From Candidatus Saccharimonadota bacterium (lineage in GTDB: Bacteria; Patescibacteriota; Saccharimonadia; Saccharimonadales; JACDFO01), in the NCBI GenBank assembly GCA_013815785.1, contig JACDFO010000001.1, forward strand, positions 2,973 through 50,120: a stretch of 47,148 nt of DNA, given 5' to 3'. The notes beneath the pieces are model-generated. The model worked only from the letters and a program-made list of their open reading frames with translations, was not told where the DNA came from and made no database searches. This document shows, in pieces, positions 18,094-24,676 of the stretch (position 1 is the first letter of the stretch; every line of letters begins with the position of its first letter). The translations under genes were made by a program, and so were the position numbers.

Positions 18094-19158
18094 ATGAGCA
18101 AATTTATGATAAATAAACACATTGAGATAGTGTCTTCTACGGTTATTGGACTGAGTTCCATGGGCAAAGTGTCTCGCGACGCTATTTTGGCTGTTCTGGC
18201 CAAGCATTATAGCCATGTCAGAGTCACGATCATAAATGATTTATCTGATCTTGAAGCCCTGACTGCTCGTAAACCAGATTTAGTTGTTTTGGGTATGAAA
18301 TTTATTCCGTCAAATCCTCAGTTGAGATTCCAAAATTCTAGTAGAATTTGGATAAGCGAATACCTTGACATGCATGACATAGCCTATACCGGCTCTAGAC
18401 AGCCGGCACATGAGCTGGAGCTTGATAAACCTTTGGCCAAACAGCGTGCGCTAAACTTTGGGCTTAAGACAACGCCATTTTATGTCGCGCGCCAAAATAA
18501 ATCCTTCGATATCGGTCAGCTACCACTAGAGTATCCACTTTTTGTCAAACCAACAGACCGAGGCGGTGGTTTAGGTATTGATAGTAGTTCTGTGGCTTAT
18601 AATTTTGAGCAAGTGCAATCAAAAGTGCAGTCAATTACCGCTAATCATAGATCAGATTCACTTATAGAAAATTATTTGCCAGGACGTGAAATTAGTGTAG
18701 CAATTCTTAAAAATGATATTACACACGAATATACTGTGATGCCAATAGAGCGTATTGTCCCACCTAACAAACACGGAGTAAGTATATTAAGTCCAGACGT
18801 AAAACATGCCGATTCTGGGCTAAGCGTGGCAGTTACGGATGCTGACGTCAAAAAGAAGGTTAGCCAGCTGGCTATCGATGTTTTTTATGCATTAGGGGCC
18901 CGTGATTATGGGCGTATCGATACCCGTATGGACGCTAATGGTATTCCACACTTTCTTGAAGCGAACTTAATCCCAAGTTTAATAGAAGGCTATGGCAATT
19001 TTCCTAAGGCCTGCATGCTTAACTTAAATCTCGATTATGAGCAGATGTTATTACGTATAGTAAGGTTAGCATTTAGCCGGAACGCCGACTCAATCTCAAG
19101 CTCACCTTTCGAATATCATTTTGCAACACCACTTGCTAACACTGCGTTACAAGTCTGA
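18094..19158 (+). CDS. ATP-grasp protein of the D-alanine--D-alanine ligase family
   Basis: EYPLFVKPTDRGGGLGIDSSSV and RIDTRMDANGIPHFLEANLIPS are typical of the Ddl-type ATP-grasp fold. The start codon is uncertain because no RBS is visible. Confidence 0.7.
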   Translation: MSKFMINKHIEIVSSTVIGLSSMGKVSRDAILAVLAKHYSHVRVTIINDLSDLEALTARKPDLVVLGMKFIPSNPQLRFQNSSRIWISEYLDMHDIAYTGSRQPAHELELDKPLAKQRALNFGLKTTPFYVARQNKSFDIGQLPLEYPLFVKPTDRGGGLGIDSSSVAYNFEQVQSKVQSITANHRSDSLIENYLPGREISVAILKNDITHEYTVMPIERIVPPNKHGVSILSPDVKHADSGLSVAVTDADVKKKVSQLAIDVFYALGARDYGRIDTRMDANGIPHFLEANLIPSLIEGYGNFPKACMLNLNLDYEQMLLRIVRLAFSRNADSISSSPFEYHFATPLANTALQV

Positions 19159-19176
19159 GCATGAAACATTCAACTG

Positions 19177-19578
19177 CTAAGAATTTTGCAGTATAGAAAG
19201 TATATTTCCAGCAGGGTCTTTGAACCAGGCAATGTCCGGTCCCATATTCATCGATAAGCCTCTTAATACGCCCTTTTCGTCAGTTGTTGCTCCATTCCCT
19301 AAATCATACTTTTCAAAAGCGACACCTCTGCTCGTAAGCTCATCAATTGCCTCATCAATATTTTCTACTGGAAAATTAAGTACTGTATACGTAGCAGGGA
19401 TGTGGCCATCTTTAGGATAAATTAGCACTGAACCACCGGTTGCCAGGCTAAGTGTCAGCATGTTCATTGGTTCAGGTTCTTCAGATATGTCCAAGCCTAA
19501 TACTTGGCTATAAAACTCTTTTGTCTTAGCAATATTGTTAGTGGTAAACCCACTAAACGCTTTGGAATCTTTTAGCAT
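19177..19578 (-). CDS. VOC-family (glyoxalase/bleomycin-resistance fold) protein
   Basis: 133 aa with N-terminus FYSQVLGL and overall VOC pattern. Confidence 0.7.
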   Translation of the reverse strand: MLKDSKAFSGFTTNNIAKTKEFYSQVLGLDISEEPEPMNMLTLSLATGGSVLIYPKDGHIPATYTVLNFPVENIDEAIDELTSRGVAFEKYDLGNGATTDEKGVLRGLSMNMGPDIAWFKDPAGNILSILQNS

Positions 19579-19692
19579 ATAATAACTCCTTACTTTGTAG
19601 TACTAATTTTACGCCGGTATAAACGCGATTCAAAAATAAAAAATAATCAGTCGAGAGACTGTTATAATATTCATGTAATTTAGGAGGCAACA

Positions 19693-20190
19693 ATGCAAAA
19701 AATAACACCGTTTATATGGTTTCAAGGTAACGCCGAAGAGGCGATGAATTATTACATCTCAACATTTAAAAATTCTTCTATAACTCACATAGAACGATAT
19801 GCCGGAAATCAGGGCATACCAGGCGAGCAAGAATTAGAAGGAAAAGTTTTGACGGGGGTATTTGAGCTCATGGGACAAACATTCATGTGTCTTGATGGAG
19901 GTCCTCAGTTTGAAATGTCAGGCGCAATATCTTTTCTAATCGAATTCGAAACTCAAGCAGAACTGGACGAGGTTTGGGACAGATTGGTAGACGGAGGCAA
20001 AACACAACAATGCGGTTGGGTAACGGATAAGTTTGGAGTAACGTGGCAGATTACACCAGCTAATCTTGGAAGAATGATGAGCGATTCATCCGCCACGCCC
20101 GAACAAAAGAAGGCGTTAATGGAAGCTATGATGCCTATGGTTAAGTTAGACGCCGCCAAACTAGAAGAAGCATTCGAAGCTGCAAAATAG
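19693..20190 (+). CDS. VOC-family protein, PhnB / 3-demethylubiquinone-methyltransferase-domain type
   Basis: N-terminus KITPFIWFQGNAEEAMNYYISTF, plus CGWVTDKFGVTWQI. TAGGAGG RBS. TGTTATAAT extended -10 box about 30 nt upstream of the ATG. Confidence 0.7.
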   Translation: MQKITPFIWFQGNAEEAMNYYISTFKNSSITHIERYAGNQGIPGEQELEGKVLTGVFELMGQTFMCLDGGPQFEMSGAISFLIEFETQAELDEVWDRLVDGGKTQQCGWVTDKFGVTWQITPANLGRMMSDSSATPEQKKALMEAMMPMVKLDAAKLEEAFEAAK

Positions 20191-20191
20191 T

Positions 20192-20485
20192 ATGTCATTT
20201 CAAGCATATCTCGATAATATCGAAGAAAAAACGGGTAAGACTCCTAATGACTTCATCGCTATAGCTAAATCAAAGGGTTTTGATAATCCGGCAACGAGGG
20301 CTGCTGTAATCGTGGAATGGCTTAAAAAAGACTTTGGATTAGGACACGGCCATGCCATGGCAGTAGTATACGTTATTAAGAATGGGGCCATGATAGACGA
20401 CAAACACGTAGGTAGTTCTGGTGTTCATCGTGACGACTCAGATACCCTCAACATGGATGGCAAAAATAAGAATAGGACCTCCTGA
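20192..20485 (+). CDS. DUF4287-like protein
   Basis: N-terminus MSFQAYLDNIEEKTGKTPNDFIAIAK is typical of DUF4287. Confidence 0.6.
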   Translation: MSFQAYLDNIEEKTGKTPNDFIAIAKSKGFDNPATRAAVIVEWLKKDFGLGHGHAMAVVYVIKNGAMIDDKHVGSSGVHRDDSDTLNMDGKNKNRTS

Positions 20486-20613
20486 AGAAAGTTTTTTGGT
20501 CTACTTTGCATCCAAGGATGTGTCCTAGAGAAATATTTAACTGTGTCAGCAAAGGGTAAATGGAAAAAACAGTCGGACATCGTAAGTACTTTGGTATAAT
20601 GCATGGTGCGACT

Positions 20614-20970
20614 ATGAAACACCTAAGTCTTACCAGTTTGATTATCGGTGTACTAGCCAGCCTTGGCATGCTGTTCGGTACGGGTTCCGGGCATGCCTTA
20701 CTGACGCAATCTTCACCATCCCACGGCATGGACGGCGGCGAGTCCTCCAAACAATGCCAATCTATTTGTCCGCCTGTTCTGAGCGAAAAGCAGAGGAACC
20801 CAACCATACAGGAAGACGATACCGATCCTAATCCATTGCCTTTCTGGTCGCTGCCGTTACCCCGACACACCTCGCTTATATACGCTGTGGCGATGATTGC
20901 GCTTGCCTTGGCTTTCCTGAGACGAAGACCGCCTGATCTGGTGGCAATCTACGGCAATTGGAGAAACTAA
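20614..20970 (+). CDS. Hypothetical secreted/membrane-anchored protein
   Basis: Signal-like N-terminus (MKHLSLTSLIIGVLASLGMLFG), a CQSIC motif and a C-terminal TM segment. ATG at 20614 is preferred over the track start at 20560. Confidence 0.5.
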   Translation: MKHLSLTSLIIGVLASLGMLFGTGSGHALLTQSSPSHGMDGGESSKQCQSICPPVLSEKQRNPTIQEDDTDPNPLPFWSLPLPRHTSLIYAVAMIALALAFLRRRPPDLVAIYGNWRN

Positions 20971-21060
20971 GCCAATCCACTTTATACGCCCGATAAGTCA
21001 GGTAGCCGGCAAATCGCGTGTTTTAGTAGTCTTATTATTTAGCAGATTGGAGCATTACTC

Positions 21061-21582
21061 GTGTCAAACAAAGTTTTTATAGGAATCATCGCCGTATTGT
21101 TGATCGGAACGTTTGGTTTTATTACCATAAAAAAACGTAGTACTCCAGAAGTAGAGCGGCCTGGTGTGGCCCACGAAGATAAAGGCCGGCAGCATGTCGC
21201 CGACAATGCCGTAGCATACGGTGGAACAGAGGCACCGACTTCGGGTGATCACAGCGATCCGTTGCCGTGGCAGGCATATGAACAAGAAGTGCCTGACATC
21301 AATGTTATCCACAATATGGAACACGGCGGTGTCTATATATCCTACAAGCCGGACCTTCCGGCTGAGGAAATAACTAAGATTAAAGCAATATTCTTCCAGC
21401 CATTCTCACGGGAAAACTTTAACGCGAGCAAGGTTATTTTAGCGCCCCGGGCAACTAATGAAGCGCCTATTATCATGTCGTCTTGGTTGCGCAGTATGAA
21501 ATTAGAAAGTTTTGATGAAGATAAGATGGTTGAGTACTACCGGCGCAATGTTGGCAAGAGCCCTGAACCTGCCGCCAGCTGA
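21061..21582 (+). CDS. DUF3105-like membrane-anchored protein (GTG start)
   Basis: N-terminal TM segment. NMEHGGVYISY motif, characteristic of DUF3105. Confidence 0.65.
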   Translation: MSNKVFIGIIAVLLIGTFGFITIKKRSTPEVERPGVAHEDKGRQHVADNAVAYGGTEAPTSGDHSDPLPWQAYEQEVPDINVIHNMEHGGVYISYKPDLPAEEITKIKAIFFQPFSRENFNASKVILAPRATNEAPIIMSSWLRSMKLESFDEDKMVEYYRRNVGKSPEPAAS

Positions 21583-21619
21583 TAGGTAAAGAAATTAAAC
21601 TAATTAAGGGAGGTTTCTT

Positions 21620-22282
21620 ATGAAAAACAGTAAAGCGCTTAGCGCAGGAGTCATCCTAGCAGTAGTTATTGGCGGGGGTGTATGGGCGGTTGTCTTGCGT
21701 AACAAGAATGGTTCGAATACAAACCAAACCGCTTCGACAAATTTTCAGCAGCAATCATCAGTTGAGACAGCTAAAACAGCAACTGAGAAAGATTTTGAGA
21801 AGTACGTGGGTGAAGATTACGACCGTATGTTTCTATCTAACATGATTGAGCATCACCAGGGAGCGATAGATATGGCTAATCTGGCTCTTAGCAATGCTAA
21901 ACATCAGGAACTGAAAAATTTAGCTCAAAATATTGTTAAGACACAGTCGAAAGAAAGCAAGGATATGAAAGCTTGGCAAAAGACGTGGGGCTACCCTACT
22001 AACAGCGGTGAAGAAATGATGAATCATAGTTCTATGAGCATGGCAACCAGCATGGATTTAATGACTGAAAGCCTGAGGGGCAAGACTGGTGACGAGTTCG
22101 ACAAAGCTTTCTTAGGCGCCATGATTGAACACCACGAATCTGCTGTCGCTATGTCTCGGCCGGGCGTTAATAATGCAGCACATCAGGAAATAAAAGAACT
22201 CACCAAAGCCATCATCGAGGCACAAAACGCCGAAATCGCCCAAATGCGAGACTGGCTAGGCGACTGGGGCTACGAAGGTTAA
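21620..22282 (+). CDS. DUF305-like secreted protein (two repeats)
   Basis: Signal/TM N-terminus. The motif is duplicated (MIEHHQGAIDMA and MIEHHESAVAMS), each followed by A(Q/K)xI...Q..EI..M..W. GGGAGG RBS. Confidence 0.75.
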   Translation: MKNSKALSAGVILAVVIGGGVWAVVLRNKNGSNTNQTASTNFQQQSSVETAKTATEKDFEKYVGEDYDRMFLSNMIEHHQGAIDMANLALSNAKHQELKNLAQNIVKTQSKESKDMKAWQKTWGYPTNSGEEMMNHSSMSMATSMDLMTESLRGKTGDEFDKAFLGAMIEHHESAVAMSRPGVNNAAHQEIKELTKAIIEAQNAEIAQMRDWLGDWGYEG

Positions 22283-22351
22283 GCGTTAACGATGGCAAAA
22301 TAAAAAAATCAATCATTGAAAAGAGGACGTTCCTTTAGGGTGTTATTTTAT

Positions 22352-22431
22352 TGGTTAGGGTGGAGGGATTCGAAACCCCGATGCCAGGACCAGAACGCCA
22401 ACACATCCGTCCCGCTGCTCGGATGACCCCG
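22352..22431 (-). pseudogene. 80-nt tRNA-Gln-like element with encoded CCA and no anticodon stem (decayed paralog or tRNA-like RNA)
   Basis: Reads CGGGGTC AT CCG AGCAGCGGGA CGG A TGTGTTGGCG TTCTGGT CCTGG CATC GGGGT TTCGAAT CCCTC CACCCTA A CCA. It aligns arm-for-arm with tRNA-Gln at 23256-23329. The 5' strand of the anticodon stem is not complementary. Confidence 0.55.
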
Positions 22432-22438
22432 AACGAAT

Positions 22439-22478
22439 TGGTAGGGCGCCAGCGTCTCTAGAGCCCTGATGTCGCCCT
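22439..22478 (-). other. CCA-ending minihelix 7 nt upstream of the tRNA-like element
   Basis: On the minus strand AGGGCG pairs with CGCCCT (6 bp) around a 24-nt loop, followed by ACCA. Lies within a block of 63% GC. Confidence 0.3.
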
Positions 22479-22652
22479 CGTACGGATCCACCTCGAGCCA
22501 GCTACCGGTTTCGAGGTTGAAGTGTAAGTTGAATGAAACTTGTAAGCTTTTTGTAGTATCTTTTATAGGCTGCACCTCCGTTATAAATTTTAAAAACTTT
22601 ACAAAATAGTGTTTATTTTTCACCAAAGCTTGCAGTGGTGTAGAATTACGAT

Positions 22653-23069
22653 ATGAACGAATCGCCCGTACCGCAAAAAATAGTGATTGTCGAAGACAAT
22701 ACTGGCTTGGCAGAAATTTACCGCACTAGGCTAGAATTGATAGGCTATAGGTGTTTTGTGGCTTCCAATGGCCAACAAGCGCTCACGGTTATCGAAGAAC
22801 AGAAACCAGATCTAGTACTGCTTGACCTCATGATTCCGATTATTGCCGGAGATCAGGTTCTAGCAAAAATGCGTGCTAGCGAGTGGGGTAAAAATATTAG
22901 GGTATTTATAATTTCTAATCTAAATGAAGCCGACGCCACGGCAGGACTACGAGATTATGGAATCGAAGGCTATGCAGTTAAAGCAAACATGGTATATGAC
23001 GATATCGACAAGCTAGTTGATAAAATACTTACCCCTTCCACACAGCAAGAAAGCGTAAGTCTGGAGTAA
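22653..23069 (+). CDS. Single-domain response regulator (receiver domain only)
   Basis: Acidic pocket (VEDN), phospho-acceptor Asp in LVLLDLMIP, Ser in FIISN and Lys in YAVKA. No output domain. No histidine kinase in the window. Confidence 0.88.
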   Translation: MNESPVPQKIVIVEDNTGLAEIYRTRLELIGYRCFVASNGQQALTVIEEQKPDLVLLDLMIPIIAGDQVLAKMRASEWGKNIRVFIISNLNEADATAGLRDYGIEGYAVKANMVYDDIDKLVDKILTPSTQQESVSLE

Positions 23070-23076
23070 GAATTTC

Positions 23077-23112
23077 GCCTGGAACGAGTGATTCGACCTA
23101 CGTTCCAGAGGC
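23077..23112 (+). terminator. Hairpin directly after the response-regulator stop (no U-tract)
   Basis: CTGGAACG (23079-23086) pairs with CGTTCCAG (23101-23108), with flanking GC/GGC pairs. The loop contains GATTCGAC. Confidence 0.3.
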
Positions 23113-23217
23113 CCGAAACTTCACTTTTAACAACGAGTTGCCATCGGAAGATTTCCTTGCTAAATGCCACAGGCATTTCTCGCCCCAATCTTTTTCGGGT
23201 GTTCGAATCCACTCAAG

Positions 23218-23257
23218 CAGAATAAAAGCACCGACAAATGCCAATGCTTTTATTCTG
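23218..23257. terminator. AU-rich 13-bp hairpin abutting the 3' end of tRNA-Gln
   Basis: CAGAATAAAAGCA (23218-23230) pairs with TGCTTTTATTCTG (23245-23257). It overlaps the last 2 nt of the tRNA. Confidence 0.4.
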
Positions 23258-23329
23258 GCTGGGGATGAGGGATTCGAACCCCCGATCGCGGAACCAGAAT
23301 CCGCTGCCTTACCACTTGGCCAATCCCCA
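23256..23329 (-). tRNA. tRNA-Gln (anticodon CUG), CCA encoded
   Basis: Reads TGGGGAT TG GCC AAGTGGTAA GGC A GCGGA TTCTGGT TCCGC GATC GGGGG TTCGAAT CCCTC ATCCCCA G CCA. Full cloverleaf with U1-A72, as in bacterial tRNA-Gln. Confidence 0.92.
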
Positions 23330-23384
23330 CTAACAGATGGTGATTATACTGAACTTTTACTGTATGTACTACTCTTAGTTTGTA

Positions 23385-24077
23385 TTACGGAGTTACAGTA
23401 AAGAAGCCAGCTATTTCAGCTTTTATGTGATCGTGGAATTGATAACTACCCGCTTCGGAAAGTGTTATGGATTTGCTTCGTCCTTTTCGAACTATGAGTT
23501 CGTCTTCTCCGGCATACGATCCATGGTCGGGGTGTGTCCCAAATGTAATTTCTCTTGCCTCGTCATCCTCATTGATAAAGGTCAGAGTATCGCATTTACT
23601 CGCCAGTGTCTGCAATGGACTTACTTGGCTGTTTTTGATTGTGACCTTGTGATTGTCGTGTTGTCCTTGGCATGCCCCTGTCTTTTCTCCACCTATTTGA
23701 TAGATACCCTCATCATTTGTAAGCTTCTTTGTCTGATCATGAGGTAGCATGTTGTAATTGAGATTATTTATAATCATTATAGAGCCTCCTACGACAATCA
23801 GAATAATACCTACCGTCCCTATAAAGAAGAATAAATTCCAATTTGGTTTTGGTCCTCGCCCCAAATGTAAGAAGAATGTTATTTGAATAATCATTTGCAA
23901 CACAGCAATTCCAATAATTGTCGCTAACAGCAGATTGCCGGAAATAGTGCGGTTTACAACTAGATAATAGGGTATGAACGTGAATACCAAAGATAGTACA
24001 AAACCGATTACGTAAGACCTCATAGTACCGTGCTCGTGACTTGGCTTACTGATAGTGTTGCGTGATGGGTGACTCAT
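23385..24077 (-). CDS. cyoD: Cytochrome o ubiquinol oxidase subunit IV (CyoD) fused to a C-terminal cupredoxin-like domain
   Basis: ATGA overlap with the cyoC stop. Three TM segments are CyoD-like (SYVIGFVLSLVFTFIPYYLV...). About 110 extra C-terminal residues have a cupredoxin-like strand pattern (VTIKNSQVSP...LTFINEDD...GSYQFHDH...GFFTV). Confidence 0.8.
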   Translation of the reverse strand: MSHPSRNTISKPSHEHGTMRSYVIGFVLSLVFTFIPYYLVVNRTISGNLLLATIIGIAVLQMIIQITFFLHLGRGPKPNWNLFFFIGTVGIILIVVGGSIMIINNLNYNMLPHDQTKKLTNDEGIYQIGGEKTGACQGQHDNHKVTIKNSQVSPLQTLASKCDTLTFINEDDEAREITFGTHPDHGSYAGEDELIVRKGRSKSITLSEAGSYQFHDHIKAEIAGFFTVTP

Positions 24078-24676
24078 ACAAAAGCCTTCAGATACACAAT
24101 GGTGAAAATAAATATCCAGACGATATCTAGAAAGTGCCAAAATAGACTGAGTAATGCAAGCTTGCGTACTAGGTGTGAGTTAAGCCCTCGCCGAATGACA
24201 TATACCAAAGTAATCGCCATCCACAGCAAGCCAGAGGTGATGTGTAAACCGTGTGTTCCCACAAGTACAAAGAAAGAGGACAGGAAGGCATTGCTGCGCA
24301 AGGTATGGCCCTCGTGTATTAACTCTGTAAATTCGTACAGCTCCAAACCCAAAAATGCCAGTCCCAGTATAAATGTAACGCCGAACCACAGCAGTGTCAG
24401 ATTTTTTTTGCCACCTCGTGCCGCAATCATGCCAATTCCGCAGGTAAAGCTACTCGTAAGCAGAATAAGGGTTCCAGTCAGTGCAAGTGGCAGGCTGAAG
24501 AGTTCACGTCCCGACTCTCCACCCAGCGTTTTGCCGTGCAATACCGCATACACTGCGAACAGAACTGCAAACATCAAAAGATCTGTCATAAGATAAACCC
24601 AAAAACCAAACATAACTCTATCGTTGGCTTCTGCTTCGTGATCTACCATGTGAGCTGTCTCGTGATTTGTTACCAT
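24074..24676 (-). CDS. cyoC: Cytochrome o ubiquinol oxidase subunit III
   Basis: Five TM segments. HGLHITSGLLWM and FWHFLDIVWIFIF are typical of subunit III. ATG at 24676 overlaps the cyoB stop (ATGGTAA). Confidence 0.9.
   Translation of the reverse strand: MVTNHETAHMVDHEAEANDRVMFGFWVYLMTDLLMFAVLFAVYAVLHGKTLGGESGRELFSLPLALTGTLILLTSSFTCGIGMIAARGGKKNLTLLWFGVTFILGLAFLGLELYEFTELIHEGHTLRSNAFLSSFFVLVGTHGLHITSGLLWMAITLVYVIRRGLNSHLVRKLALLSLFWHFLDIVWIFIFTIVYLKAFV

Noticed and set aside
20448-20870. 140-aa minus-strand ORF overlapping the plus-strand 20614-20970 gene
   Set aside because: It is rich in Cys, Trp and Pro, with no signal or TM logic and no RBS. The plus-strand frame has a signal peptide and a C-terminal anchor and sits in a co-directional gene string.
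22348-22626. 92-aa track ORF on the minus strand
   Set aside because: It has only a TTG start and no RBS. Its C-terminal third is simply the translation of the tRNA-like element, and the rest lies in a GC-rich, structure-prone block. I treat it as non-coding.
22352-22652. tmRNA (ssrA) hypothesis for the CCA-ending, T-arm-containing region
   Set aside because: The acceptor end reads ...CACCCTA-A-CCA, so there is no G3-U70 alanine identity pair. There is no GGGG 5' strand within 300 nt. No frame gives a tag peptide ending in hydrophobic residues before a stop. A permuted two-piece layout also fails because only 70 nt remain before the DUF305 gene.
23140-23220. A plus-strand tRNA ending at the T-arm-like motif CGGGTGTTCGAATCCACTC
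   Set aside because: The T-stem pairs only with an 8-nt loop. There is no complementary 5' acceptor strand. The only anticodon-like hairpin (AAATGCC-ACA-GGCATTT) lacks U33, and the spacing is wrong. It is not a tRNA.
23138-23401. 87-aa plus-strand track ORF
   Set aside because: It runs antisense across tRNA-Gln (the GDEGFEPP stretch is the T-arm translated). It is spurious.
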